Virus record (IMG/VR): IMGVR_UViG_3300031963_000013
DNA length: 64,000 nucleotides
Source: a virus
Direction: 5' to 3' (one strand)
Position numbers and translations under genes: made by a program
The notes under the pieces: generated by a model
What the model was told of the DNA's origin: nothing
What the model saw: the letters and a program-made list of their open reading frames with translations, nothing else
Database searches by the model: none
Part shown: positions 10,825-20,962 of the stretch, piece by piece
How positions within the stretch are numbered: the first letter of the stretch is position 1
How the letters are laid out: every line of letters starts with the position of its first letter

Positions 10825-11569
10825 TTTAAAACAAAGCTTAGATAACTTAGGCAAAAATTGGGACGTCATAGGCATGAAACAATCTTTCGAAGACGAAGGT
10901 GTTTTACTGAATGACGTTGTTGCATTTAAAAGAGTAACAGAAATATGCGGACTACAATCTTTTGTAAAGATAGGTGGATGCGAAGCTAAGAGCGATCTTT
11001 ATAATTGCATAAGGATGGGCATAAACGGAATAATAGCGCCTATGGTAGAAACGCCTTTTGCTTTAGACAAGTTTATAACAATGATGAAAGATTATCCAAA
11101 CAGAGCCGATTCTTATATTGTTATAGAAAGCAAAACTGCCTATGAAAACATAGATAGTATACTAGAAAATGGCCGCGGTAACCTGAAAGGGATAATTGTT
11201 GGCAGATCAGACTTTTCTAAGTCATATAATCTAAATAAGTCAGAGGTAGACAGCGGTTTCATATACGACAAGGTAGAAGACATATTGACAAAGGCAAAAA
11301 AGTATAATTATATGACTACCATGGGAGGTAACGTATCAACAAGAAGTACTAAATTTATAAAAGATGCTTTCTCAAAAGGTTTGTTAGATAGAATAGAAAC
11401 AAGAAACGTTGTTATAGGTTTAAATAAATCTAACATAGTCAACATAGATAATAACATACAAAAAGCTCTTGACTTTGAAATAGAGTGGTTACAATATAAA
11501 TTATCAATATCATCGAAGCTTAGCGCCGATTATTCAGAAAGAATAGGTTTATTAAAAAATAGAAAGTAA
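10814..11569 (+). CDS. HpcH/citrate-lyase-like aldolase family protein
   Basis: KIGGCEA, IAPMVET, IES and VGRSD motifs. Confidence 0.7.
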   Translation: MVIDLKQSLDNLGKNWDVIGMKQSFEDEGVLLNDVVAFKRVTEICGLQSFVKIGGCEAKSDLYNCIRMGINGIIAPMVETPFALDKFITMMKDYPNRADSYIVIESKTAYENIDSILENGRGNLKGIIVGRSDFSKSYNLNKSEVDSGFIYDKVEDILTKAKKYNYMTTMGGNVSTRSTKFIKDAFSKGLLDRIETRNVVIGLNKSNIVNIDNNIQKALDFEIEWLQYKLSISSKLSADYSERIGLLKNRK

Positions 11570-11570
11570 A

Positions 11571-12731
11571 ATGCAAGAAAGATACAGCACGCTTCAAAGA
11601 TTATTAAACGAAGAGAAATGTTTTAAACTTATTTGCGGAGCGGGAAATGAAGATAAGCATCACGTTAAAAAACTAGCGTTTGTGTATACATTAGCAGGCG
11701 CTAAAGTCTTGGACGTTTCAGCTAATGTTGAGGTTGTTAAATACGCAGGACAGGGCATAGACATGGCCTTCCAATACGCAAATAAGCTAGGCATAACTCT
11801 AACAACAAGACCTTTTATTATGGTTAGTATAGGAATGCCTGGCGATCATCATGTTAGAAAGTCTTATATAGATCCTAACACTTGTGTATCTTGCGGCCTG
11901 TGCGCTCCCGTGTGTCCCACAAACGCAATACCATTTGGCTTTGAAAAGAATCTCGAACACTACATAAATCTTGGAGGTAGTTATGAAGTAGAAGATCAAA
12001 GTAAAGAGATAGTGATAAAAGATTTGTGTATTGGTTGTGGAAAGTGTAGTAATATATGTCCAAAGGATTATATAATATCGTATAGACATAACGAAAGACA
12101 GCTGAGAGAGTTACTCCCTAAATGTATGGAAGCGGGAGCAGAAACGTTTGAATTACATGCTGCTGTTGGAGAAGACGAGATTACACTTAAGGAGTGGCAA
12201 TTAATAAGTGAAATAAATCCGAACAACTTTAATTCTATGTGTTTGGATCGATTGAACTTGGGGAATTTGAATTTAGAACACAGAATAGAAGAGGCAAAAA
12301 GAATATCAAACAACAAGATTATCATTCAAGCTGATGGATATCCCATGAGTGGAGGAGCAGATGATTATAACACAACGCTTCAAGCTATATCTACTGCAGA
12401 CGTTATAAATAAAAAGTTTAATATTAGATTAGACAAAAAATCAGTTAAAAAGGATGGAGACAAAGTTATAACAAATAAAGTTTATAGAGCTCACGGTCAC
12501 CATCAAGGAGTTTATATAGTCTTATCAGGAGGTACAAATTCTCATAGCAAAAAATTATCAGAACTCGTTGGTGTTAGATGTAATGGAATAGCTATAGGTA
12601 CATTTGCAAGAAATATTATCGAACAGTACATAGACGATGTAAACTTTTACGAAGACGATAATCTAATAAAATCAGCTTACAAAATAGCAAAAAAATTAGT
12701 AACAGAAAATATAGGAGAGATATATGAATAA
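11571..12731 (+). CDS. LdpA-like 2x[4Fe-4S] protein
   Basis: FKLICGAG N-terminus, two CxxCxxCxxxCP motifs, QADGYPMSG and LSGGTN. Confidence 0.75.
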   Translation: MQERYSTLQRLLNEEKCFKLICGAGNEDKHHVKKLAFVYTLAGAKVLDVSANVEVVKYAGQGIDMAFQYANKLGITLTTRPFIMVSIGMPGDHHVRKSYIDPNTCVSCGLCAPVCPTNAIPFGFEKNLEHYINLGGSYEVEDQSKEIVIKDLCIGCGKCSNICPKDYIISYRHNERQLRELLPKCMEAGAETFELHAAVGEDEITLKEWQLISEINPNNFNSMCLDRLNLGNLNLEHRIEEAKRISNNKIIIQADGYPMSGGADDYNTTLQAISTADVINKKFNIRLDKKSVKKDGDKVITNKVYRAHGHHQGVYIVLSGGTNSHSKKLSELVGVRCNGIAIGTFARNIIEQYIDDVNFYEDDNLIKSAYKIAKKLVTENIGEIYE

Positions 12732-13101
12732 GATTTATAAAATAGCGGTAGACTTTGACGGAACGTTGTGTGAATACGCTTTTCCAAAAATAGGAGAACA
12801 GAAGGATCATCACATAAAGCTAATGAAAATTCTTATAGAATTAAGAAAAAAAGGGCATAAATTAATACTGTGGACGAATAGAGGCGATAATGAACAGTAT
12901 CCTGTCTTGAGTGAAGCTATCGAGTGGTGTAAAAATCGTGGATTAGAATTTGATGCAATTAATCAAAATCTGCAAGATCAAGTAAAATTATCGGGGCCTA
13001 GTCCCAAAATTATGGCGGACTATTATATAGATGACAAAGCTTTACAATTCAGCGATGAGGAAACCAAAATAAAAACAATAGAAGTTTTATCTACTCTATG
13101 A
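12724..13101 (+). CDS. HAD-superfamily phosphatase
   Basis: AVDFDGTL, LILWT and YYIDDK motifs. Confidence 0.85.
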   Translation: MNKIYKIAVDFDGTLCEYAFPKIGEQKDHHIKLMKILIELRKKGHKLILWTNRGDNEQYPVLSEAIEWCKNRGLEFDAINQNLQDQVKLSGPSPKIMADYYIDDKALQFSDEETKIKTIEVLSTL

Positions 13102-14018
13102 ATATCATTATAACTGGGGGGAACGGTTTTTTGGGATCTAGCATTGTCAGAAAATTTTTAAACAGTAATCATAACGTACTTGTGTTTTCTAAAAACTCAA
13201 ATAACATATCAGATATATTACACAAGATAAAGTATATACAATCAGACAATGATGATCTTATTTTACACAAAGATGCCATAAGCACTTTTCAACCACACGT
13301 AGTAGTTCATTGCGGTTGGTTCGGGGGAAATAGCCACGCTGACATTAACGATATGAATCAGTTCCATCGTAATGTACCATCAAGCATAAAACTAATAGAA
13401 ATTATAAACGAATTAGAAAACAAGCCAATGTTTGTGGGTTTTGGAAGCTTTGCTGAAAATGGAAAAATGCGATATCAAATAAGCGAACAAGATTCAGAAA
13501 ATCCAACCAATTTATATGGACTTTCAAAGTTAACTTTTAAGAATTATAGTAAAATGCTCTGTGATTCATATGGAATAGATTGGACTTGGATAAAACCCTG
13601 TTACATATACGGACCGAATGATGTTAAGACCAGACTAATACCGAGACTGATTAGTAAGTTTATAAAACACGAAGACGTAGTATTAGATGAATGTAAGTCT
13701 ATCGTTGATTACTTGTACATAGACGATTTCTCAGAGTATGTTTACCAACTAATAACAACAAGATGTTTGGGAGTGTACCACTTATGTTCAGGCAATCAAT
13801 ATAAGCTCAGAGATATAGTCGTATTGATAAAAAAACTAACTAACAGTAAGAGTGCTGTAATTTTTGACAAAACTAAAAATAGAGATTCTGCATTTGATTA
13901 CGTGTGCGGAAATAACCATAAACTAAAAAGCGTGTTAAATGTAGAAAATAATGTAAATTTAATAGAAGGAATAAAAAAAACTATAAATTATGAAAGATCT
14001 TGTAGTAATAAAGGATAA
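13098..14018 (+). CDS. NAD-dependent epimerase/reductase (SDR)
   Basis: TGGNGFLG and YGLSK motifs. Confidence 0.85.
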   Translation: MNIIITGGNGFLGSSIVRKFLNSNHNVLVFSKNSNNISDILHKIKYIQSDNDDLILHKDAISTFQPHVVVHCGWFGGNSHADINDMNQFHRNVPSSIKLIEIINELENKPMFVGFGSFAENGKMRYQISEQDSENPTNLYGLSKLTFKNYSKMLCDSYGIDWTWIKPCYIYGPNDVKTRLIPRLISKFIKHEDVVLDECKSIVDYLYIDDFSEYVYQLITTRCLGVYHLCSGNQYKLRDIVVLIKKLTNSKSAVIFDKTKNRDSAFDYVCGNNHKLKSVLNVENNVNLIEGIKKTINYERSCSNKG

Positions 14019-14637
14019 TAAATGGGTATGGCCAAAGAACGATGTAACTAGTTGGCCCGGTCAAAACGATAGCGTAAATTTAGTAGATTATGTTTTGCCT
14101 TATGTTAAAAACAAAGGTGTCATGGTACAAGCGGGTGGTAACTGTGGATTCATATTAAGCCAATTCGTACCTCACTTTAAAGCAGTATACACATTCGAAC
14201 CAGATCCTGTTAACTTCTATTGTTTGAGTCAAAACGTAACTTCTCCAAATGTCATAAAAATGCAAGCTTGCGTAGGAAACAATAAAAAAACCGTACAGAC
14301 ACAGCAGCTGATTAGAGAAGACAAGCCAGTCGATATAGGAGGCGTGCATATTTCTGGAGAGGGTTATACCCCAACCATTAGAGTAGACGATTTGAATTTG
14401 CCAGCTTGTGATCTTATACAGTATGATGTTGAGGGATACGAATTAGAGGCTTTGTTGGGTACCTTAGAAACTATTAAAAAGTATAAACCAACTATATGTT
14501 TAGAATTTTGTGAAAAGTGGTTAAATAGGTATGACACTAATACAGAAAGCGTATTAAGTCTTATGAAAGACTTGGGATATGTTGAGGTTTCTAGTATAAG
14601 AGTTGATAAGATATTTTTACATAAAGATAATTTATAA
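13990..14637 (+). CDS. FkbM-family methyltransferase
   Basis: QAGGNCG, YTFEP and DVEGYE motifs. Confidence 0.85.
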   Translation: MKDLVVIKDNKWVWPKNDVTSWPGQNDSVNLVDYVLPYVKNKGVMVQAGGNCGFILSQFVPHFKAVYTFEPDPVNFYCLSQNVTSPNVIKMQACVGNNKKTVQTQQLIREDKPVDIGGVHISGEGYTPTIRVDDLNLPACDLIQYDVEGYELEALLGTLETIKKYKPTICLEFCEKWLNRYDTNTESVLSLMKDLGYVEVSSIRVDKIFLHKDNL

Positions 14638-14638
14638 G

Positions 14639-15925
14639 ATGAATTCAAAAATAACTTTCGCTACAAACACCGGGCCCGGCACTTTAGAATACACTAAACT
14701 ATTATTGAGATCCCTTAAAGAAAACTTAGATAACAAAGAGCACGAGATACTTGTGTTTATAGACTCTGACAACGATGGCACTTTGGATTATTTAAAATCC
14801 ATTAAAAAAGACTTTCATGATTTAAAGATCGTTACTCACAAAGTTAAACCAGTAGTAGGACCAGAAAGAAATTGCAATCTTATCGCAGAACTAGCTAAGC
14901 ATGATATAGTCAGTTATCTCCAAAGCGATATGGTAGTATCAAAACACTACGACACAAACGTGCTAAGTAGTTTAGAAGAAAATACTATAATGAGTTCTAC
15001 AAGAGTAGAACCCCCTCTTCACGAACAATCAGACAAAACTTTTACTGCTAATTTTGGTTTGAATCCAGAAGAGTTCAACATGCGTGCCTTTTTAGAATAC
15101 TCAGAAAAAGTAAAGTCGAACAAAAGCTTAGACTATTTTTTTGCCCCCTATACGTTTCATAAAGACACGTGGAATAAAATGGGTGGATATGACACCGTAT
15201 TCAGAAGATCGAGGTGCGATTCAGATTTAGTGCAAAGGTGCATGCAATTGGGAATAAAATTAAAACAAACATTTTCTGCTAATGTATATCATTTCACGTG
15301 CGTATCTTCTAGAGGCAAAAACTGGTTCGATTCGGAAAACAAAGAAGCTCAGAACAGGGTTTTAATGCAAAACAAAGCAGACATGGTTGAATTAAGAAGA
15401 TTTGTTAGGAAGTGGGGATCTTTTAATCACGGAGAGTCTATATTATTTAAGTACGATATAGACTTATTTATTCACTCTGAAGACGATTCACTACTTAGTT
15501 TAGCTGTAAATTTAGAACCCTATTTTAGTAAGGTGTATTTAATGAATCCTAACCTTTTGGAAAAAGCAAAAAATACGCAGCAAATAGATTTAGAGCATGA
15601 GTACGCAAACAATCTTTACGGATTCTCAAATGAAGATTGGCAAGCATCTAAGAAGTTCTACAACAAAACTGACTACAACCAAATATACAAATTAACTGAC
15701 AGCCACAACAAATACAATGCGTGTTTATACTTACATTCAACAGAAAATTTAGATTATATCTATCAAAACATACAGCATTTACACAAACTAATAGATGAAG
15801 TAGAGGAATTAGGAGATTATGAGTTCGGATCCGCTGTATTATCGATTAAAAACAAAGTGCTTGTTCAAAACGATTTGTGTGTGAAAAATCCAGAATTTGA
15901 TATGAGCTTATTAACTATCGAATAA
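14639..15925 (+). CDS. Glycosyltransferase family 2-like protein
   Basis: FIDSDNDGT, LQSDMV, MGGYD...DSD and VYHFTC motifs; start moved to ATG 14639. Confidence 0.75.
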   Translation: MNSKITFATNTGPGTLEYTKLLLRSLKENLDNKEHEILVFIDSDNDGTLDYLKSIKKDFHDLKIVTHKVKPVVGPERNCNLIAELAKHDIVSYLQSDMVVSKHYDTNVLSSLEENTIMSSTRVEPPLHEQSDKTFTANFGLNPEEFNMRAFLEYSEKVKSNKSLDYFFAPYTFHKDTWNKMGGYDTVFRRSRCDSDLVQRCMQLGIKLKQTFSANVYHFTCVSSRGKNWFDSENKEAQNRVLMQNKADMVELRRFVRKWGSFNHGESILFKYDIDLFIHSEDDSLLSLAVNLEPYFSKVYLMNPNLLEKAKNTQQIDLEHEYANNLYGFSNEDWQASKKFYNKTDYNQIYKLTDSHNKYNACLYLHSTENLDYIYQNIQHLHKLIDEVEELGDYEFGSAVLSIKNKVLVQNDLCVKNPEFDMSLLTIE

Positions 15926-15930
15926 ACTAA

Positions 15931-15938
15931 ATATTTAT
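15931..15938 (+). promoter_or_regulatory. Putative phage late promoter ATATTTAT (representative copy)
   Basis: The same octamer lies shortly upstream of genes at 20448, 21159, 45922, 51537 and 52299 (+), and at 55136 and 57773 (-). Confidence 0.6.
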
Positions 15939-15952
15939 ATAAAACAATAGAA

Positions 15953-16261
15953 ATGCCAGCAAAACCACAATACCCAATAACCATAGCAGGGAAGAATTTA
16001 ATTCTGCAGTTCGATATATCAGACGCTCCAACAAAATTAGGAATCAACATGCAATTCGTAAGCAAAGAAGATTTTGCAGACGAGAGAGACAAGCAGGATC
16101 TTGCTAATAAATTAAGCGTAGTACTTCAAAAGAAGTTCGGCGATGCTGGGCTAGCTATAGATTACAACGAAAGAAATCCTTATAAAAATGTTATTAGTTA
16201 TATAATTCCTTTGAGCGCTATCTCTAATTTAATTATGAGTACTTTTAAAGGCGTTAAATAA
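15953..16261 (+). CDS. Hypothetical phage protein
   Basis: ORF directly after an ATATTTAT motif. Confidence 0.7.
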   Translation: MPAKPQYPITIAGKNLILQFDISDAPTKLGINMQFVSKEDFADERDKQDLANKLSVVLQKKFGDAGLAIDYNERNPYKNVISYIIPLSAISNLIMSTFKGVK

Positions 16262-16279
16262 AAAAATAAAAATAGAGTT

Positions 16280-16621
16280 ATGGCAAAAAAAAGAAGGTTA
16301 AGGGCTATAATCGATAATCTACAGCAAGTAACGTCTCTCGATCTGCAAAATTCAGAACAGTTTAACGCGCTTCTGATGAAAGAAACCCCGGAAGCGATTG
16401 CAGACGCCATAAAAAACAAACTGACTTACGCAACTATTTTTGAAATAAACAATACTAATCATTACGTAGAGATACACAAAAGGGACTGGCAGACTGCTCT
16501 TGAAGTGTGTTTAGATCACTACTCGTCGGAGGATCAGGAGGATTACGAAAAGTGCGTAGACATAAAAAAGTTGATAGAGCAAATAAATTCTAAAAAAACA
16601 AAACATCAAGAGAATGCCTGA
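16280..16621 (+). CDS. Hypothetical protein with UVR-like C-terminus
   Basis: EDYEKCVDIKKLI. Confidence 0.6.
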   Translation: MAKKRRLRAIIDNLQQVTSLDLQNSEQFNALLMKETPEAIADAIKNKLTYATIFEINNTNHYVEIHKRDWQTALEVCLDHYSSEDQEDYEKCVDIKKLIEQINSKKTKHQENA

Positions 16622-17024
16622 AAACTATAAAGAAGTTCAATCGGCAGTTAACGAGCTCCTAAAAGTATCATCAACTGTAAAAAGACGAGTTAAAACCGAA
16701 TCAGAGAAGAAGTTGGATTTTTTTGTTAGTGTTATGAATATGCTAGAAGACATTGAGGCAAGATCCATGATAGCCCAATTTGATTTTGATATAGATCTTT
16801 CTAAGTACGATGAAAAATACATGGACATTATAGATACTTTGTTGTACATATCTTACGGTAAAGAGTGTTACAATTTAATAAGTTTTTATAGGTTTGAAAG
16901 AATAAACCACGCAGATGGATCTATCAATCCAATAATAATAGAAGCCACTGGCGAAGAGGTGTTTTTAGAAAATCCTTACGATCTATACAATATGATGAGA
17001 AGGATCAATTCAAACATTGAGTAA
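16614..17024 (+). CDS. Hypothetical protein
   Basis: ORF overlaps its neighbours. Confidence 0.65.
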   Translation: MPENYKEVQSAVNELLKVSSTVKRRVKTESEKKLDFFVSVMNMLEDIEARSMIAQFDFDIDLSKYDEKYMDIIDTLLYISYGKECYNLISFYRFERINHADGSINPIIIEATGEEVFLENPYDLYNMMRRINSNIE

Positions 17025-17025
17025 G

Positions 17026-17760
17026 ATGAACGACAACAATCCACAAAGAAAAGAATGGGTACATCTGGGATTGCAGTTGACAGAGGACCAGATACGAGAA
17101 GCCATGTCGAAAACAACCAGCAATAAAAAGGCCTCACAGTATTTAGACGTATCGTATCCAACCTACAAGAAGTACGCTAAAATGTATAGGGATTGGGACA
17201 CAGGAAAAACCCTTTTCGAGCTACACATGAACGAAGCAATGAAAGGCGTAGTAGGTAGAACTTGGATAGGCGGTAAACCCAGAATGAATTGGGATAACAT
17301 ACTCAGAGAGAATCAGAAGGCCACACCCGAAAGGCTTTTAAAACTCAAACAGAGTCTCATAGATTACAACAAACTCGAGTGCAGGTGTTATAGGTGCAAT
17401 TACAACCAACAAAGGATCGAAGACCACAAAGTTCCTTTGCTTCTGAATTTTAAGAACGGTGATAAAACCAATTGGAAGATGCAAAACATAGAATTCGTGT
17501 GTTACAATTGTGCTTTTGTTTACGCGTTGGACTTTTTCGATGAATCGGTAACCAGAACGGTGGAATCTTACATGATAAACGCGAAACAGGGAAAAAAGGA
17601 AAAGTCAGAGTTTTACCAATTAGACGATTTTTATTTAGACTACATAAAAAAACTGGGCATAGAATTGGATCACCTAAATAAAGATTCAGTTGAGAAAGCA
17701 GACACAATCCAAGTAAGCGAAAGACAGGACGACGTAAATGATCTGATAGATTACTTATAG
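17026..17760 (+). CDS. HTH plus degenerate HNH/Zn-finger protein
   Basis: ASQYLDVSYPTYKKYA (HTH-like) and CYRC...NGDKTNWKMQNIEFVCYNC (HNH-like). Confidence 0.6.
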   Translation: MNDNNPQRKEWVHLGLQLTEDQIREAMSKTTSNKKASQYLDVSYPTYKKYAKMYRDWDTGKTLFELHMNEAMKGVVGRTWIGGKPRMNWDNILRENQKATPERLLKLKQSLIDYNKLECRCYRCNYNQQRIEDHKVPLLLNFKNGDKTNWKMQNIEFVCYNCAFVYALDFFDESVTRTVESYMINAKQGKKEKSEFYQLDDFYLDYIKKLGIELDHLNKDSVEKADTIQVSERQDDVNDLIDYL

Positions 17761-17837
17761 GGATATACCCAGTGTCACACCACCGCATCATAACTTCAAC
17801 TTTAAACAGTAATTAGTCTCCAAAAGAAAGCTGGCCA

Positions 17838-17999
17838 TGAGCTCCCAAATCACTCAAACGCAACTGATTGGAAATCAAAGCTTTGTAACTGATTGAAAAT
17901 CAAGCCTTTGCAACTCGTTGGTTTCCAATGCATATAAACTATTGGTTTCCAAAGCTTTGGGATAACTGATTGGTTTTCAATCAAGAATTTTAAAAAAAA
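17838..17999 (+). repeat. Array of five AACTGA-TTG-N5-CAA boxes
   Basis: TTG positions are 17868, 17893, 17918, 17942 and 17970. Preceded by TGAGCTCC and followed by an AT tract. Confidence 0.85.
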
Positions 18000-18034
18000 G
18001 TGCTAAATTATTTTTTTATTTGGGGATAGTTTCG

Positions 18035-18043
18035 TATATTTAC
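18035..18043 (+). promoter_or_regulatory. Putative early/middle promoter element TA(T/C)(A/T)TTTAC
   Basis: Also at 22427, 28814, 32922, 37294 and 38230, each upstream of a start. Resembles the Bacteroidetes -7 element TAnnTTTG. Confidence 0.55.
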
Positions 18044-18072
18044 CTTTCTTGTAACAAATCAAATTCAAAGTT

Positions 18073-19008
18073 ATGCAAAAAAGTAAACTATCCTACGGAC
18101 AAATGTATTACGCTAAATTGAAAGCCAGAGAGTATGGAATAAGCGTTGAAGATTATTTAGCAAATAAGGGCAAAAAGAGTTACGCGATAAAGAAAAACGT
18201 AACAGTCACTAAAACAGAAGAAATATCGTTGGACAAAGTAGTACGACTCAGCGATCTGAATGTTAGTGATAGCATGTTGAAATGTAATTCTACTGGACTT
18301 ATTGTCGATACTATATATTCGCACGAGGGCGGTATACCTGTAGGCACAAACATAATGTGTACAGGTGACCCGGGTGTGGGTAAGACTACACTGTTGCTTC
18401 ACACATTGGCAAATTTACAAAAGAAGAATCCGCATTTGAAGTGCTTGTTTGTCTGCGCAGAAATGTCGAAAATACAAATGTTCAAGTACATGCGTAGGTT
18501 CCCAGTGTTTGGCGAAGTGACAACTGTTTTTTCGTCAGATTACATGAACCATAATTTCAAAGAAGTAATGGAGAAGCTGATGGACGAGGGTTACGATTAC
18601 GTGCTTGTTGATTCAATAGTTGAAGTGCTAGAATCAGTAAAAGAGGACAACGGTATGTCTCAAGTTACCGCAGAAAAGTGGTTGATCGATCTTTGCGTAA
18701 AGAATAACGAGGCAAACAACAAGAGAAAAGTATATACCACTTTCATGCTTGTACAACAGGTAACCAAAAACGGTGTGTTTGTGGGTAGCAACAAGCTTAA
18801 ACACATCACAGATGCGCACATGGAAATGAAACGCGAGTCTGAAAGAGACGGTGGGGCTACGTACATAATGTTCTCTAAAAACAGAAACGGTCAAGCAGGC
18901 ATACGATTCAACTACCAACTTTCAAACAGTGAGATCGATTACGGTACAATGGTTAGCGAAGACGACAGCGAACAGAGGTCTTTTGCTTTAGAAAACGGTG
19001 TTAACTAA
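18073..19008 (+). CDS. RadA/Sms-like RecA-family ATPase
   Basis: GDPGVGKT Walker A, VLVDS Walker B, QVTKNG.FVGS..LKH..D and KNR motifs. Confidence 0.8.
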   Translation: MQKSKLSYGQMYYAKLKAREYGISVEDYLANKGKKSYAIKKNVTVTKTEEISLDKVVRLSDLNVSDSMLKCNSTGLIVDTIYSHEGGIPVGTNIMCTGDPGVGKTTLLLHTLANLQKKNPHLKCLFVCAEMSKIQMFKYMRRFPVFGEVTTVFSSDYMNHNFKEVMEKLMDEGYDYVLVDSIVEVLESVKEDNGMSQVTAEKWLIDLCVKNNEANNKRKVYTTFMLVQQVTKNGVFVGSNKLKHITDAHMEMKRESERDGGATYIMFSKNRNGQAGIRFNYQLSNSEIDYGTMVSEDDSEQRSFALENGVN

Positions 19009-19023
19009 TAAAACTATAAAAGT

Positions 19024-19417
19024 TATGAACAAAGAACAAAATGAATTAATGAGCATATTGCTCAATTACACAGCAACCTTTACTTTATGCTATTTCCTTG
19101 CGGCGCCAATAATACTTTTCATAAACCTAATTTTAGATGATGGACCGATAAAAAAGTTTATGAAAAAATCTGTGACTATAGTATTTTATTTGTTTCTTTT
19201 GCTTTTGTTCGGTTGGCCCTTTTTCTGGTTTATCAGCCTTTTCGTACATAGCATTAGTAGCGTAGACGTTTTTTTGAACTATTTATGGTTCTTTTGTGGA
19301 TTTGTTTTGGGTTTATTAATAGCTTACTTTATATACGGTATACTATGTTTAATATTAGCGCCTTTTGGAATAGCGTTATTTTCTTTCACCCAAATAATTA
19401 AAAAAATAAAAGAATAA
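19024..19417 (+). CDS. Membrane protein
   Basis: Three hydrophobic segments; AAAGTTATG start context. Confidence 0.6.
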
Positions 19418-19421
19418 TTGC

Positions 19422-20045
19422 ATGAATAAAAAAATGGACAAAAACGTATCAGCTTTTTTAGATCACGTAAAAAAGGAATGCGAAAAACACGATGTGAAGT
19501 TAACACTAAGAAACGTTAAGTATTTTAGATTATCTCCAAAAGTGACCTGCGGTGGTTATTTTGACGATGTGAATAAAGAACTAGCGTGCTCTACAAATAG
19601 AGAGGATTGGTTAGATTTGTTAGTGCACGAGTACGCTCATATGACACAGTGGCTTGATCGTGATAACTGTGTAGAGTGGATGAACGAGCAAAAATTCAAA
19701 TCACTTGAAAAATTGGACGAATGGTTAAACGGCAAAACAAAGTATAGAATGAAGTTCCATCTTGGTGTTTGTAGAGACCTTGAACTAGACAACGAAAAAA
19801 GAACAGTAGAACTAATAAAGAAATTTGGGTTGCAAAAACACATAGACATAGATTTTTATACTAAGAAAGCAAATGCGTACGTTCTTTTCTACAACTACAT
19901 GAATTTTACAAGGCGTTGGTGCAACACGAAAAACCCGTTTTACAAAAACAATGAGCTAATCAAAAAAATGTCGAACAAATTTGATATGAATTACAACGAA
20001 TTGGATTCACACATAAAATTAACTTTTGACAAATGCAAAATATAA
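19422..20045 (+). CDS. Zincin-like metallopeptidase domain protein
   Basis: LLVHEYAH with a downstream ELDNE. Confidence 0.6.
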   Translation: MNKKMDKNVSAFLDHVKKECEKHDVKLTLRNVKYFRLSPKVTCGGYFDDVNKELACSTNREDWLDLLVHEYAHMTQWLDRDNCVEWMNEQKFKSLEKLDEWLNGKTKYRMKFHLGVCRDLELDNEKRTVELIKKFGLQKHIDIDFYTKKANAYVLFYNYMNFTRRWCNTKNPFYKNNELIKKMSNKFDMNYNELDSHIKLTFDKCKI

Positions 20046-20437
20046 ACCAATCTAGATTACACAGGGGTCATGCGAAGCGGGTTTTGGATTGGTGCATTGA
20101 ACGATATGGAAAATCGAAGTATAGTAAGCATTATCCAACTATTAGGTTCATAAAGTTTACTGATTACGAAAACATCGGTCTGCTTGGATATTACGAGCCA
20201 GAATTTTGTGAAATATTCATAAATAGTGAGGATCATTTAAACGTAGACGAATTGTGCAAGACAATCATTGAGGAGTATCAGCACTACATGCAATCCGATA
20301 GCCAATATCAGAAAATGGCCAAGGTATACAGTTACGATCAACACCCGCTTGAAAAGCAAGCTCAAAAGATAGCAAATACACATTATAAAATTTGTGTAAA
20401 AGAATTAAAAAAATACCATAAGACATTCTTCTTTTAA
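20033..20437 (+). CDS. Zincin-like protein (degenerate HExxH)
   Basis: TIIEEYQHY...HPLEKQA. Confidence 0.5.
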   Translation: MQNINQSRLHRGHAKRVLDWCIERYGKSKYSKHYPTIRFIKFTDYENIGLLGYYEPEFCEIFINSEDHLNVDELCKTIIEEYQHYMQSDSQYQKMAKVYSYDQHPLEKQAQKIANTHYKICVKELKKYHKTFFF

Positions 20438-20462
20438 ACAATTCATAATATTTATATTCAGT

Positions 20463-20672
20463 ATGTTAATTGACGTATTAGACAAGGTAGCAAACAAAAA
20501 AATACCCGCTGGGGTCCACAAGTATTTGCATGTAGATAGTAGAAAGGCATGGGTTGAATCAGTTATATATTTAGTAGAAAATGCTAATGTAAAACTAGAC
20601 GTTCGTACTTTAAACACGCTAACAAAGAATTGGGAATCTATTTTATATAAAAAATACAGCACGTTAAATTAA
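20463..20672 (+). CDS. Hypothetical protein
   Basis: Follows an ATATTTAT motif. Confidence 0.5.
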   Translation: MLIDVLDKVANKKIPAGVHKYLHVDSRKAWVESVIYLVENANVKLDVRTLNTLTKNWESILYKKYSTLN

Positions 20673-20673
20673 G

Positions 20674-20940
20674 ATGAATAGTAACATGCCCTTCACAACA
20701 GAAGCACTACAGTACGGGATATTAGGAATAGTAGCACTGCTACTAGGGTATTTTGCATGGTCGCAATGGCAAAGACTCGAAAGAAAAAACTTAGAGTTAG
20801 AAAAAAAGGTAGATAGACTACAAAGTGAGATCATAGAAATAATGGGAGAAGAGAGGGATCGCATGGCAACCCTAGTTCAAGACAACACAAAAGCAATTCA
20901 AGAGTTATCAAGAATCATTTTAGAGTACATAGTAAAATAA
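20674..20940 (+). CDS. Small single-TM coiled-coil protein (BhlA-holin-like)
   Basis: QYGILGIVALLLGYF TM segment followed by a coiled coil. Confidence 0.45.
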   Translation: MNSNMPFTTEALQYGILGIVALLLGYFAWSQWQRLERKNLELEKKVDRLQSEIIEIMGEERDRMATLVQDNTKAIQELSRIILEYIVK

Positions 20941-20962
20941 AAACAAACCAAAAATCAAAGTT

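Noticed and set aside
1-15925. Bacterial chromosomal O-antigen locus
   Set aside because: No wzx/wzy/wzz or housekeeping genes are present, and it is contiguous with phage genes and phage promoter motifs.
17861-17980. CRISPR array
   Set aside because: The period is only 24-28 bp, repeats are degenerate, there are no spacer-length unique segments and no cas genes.
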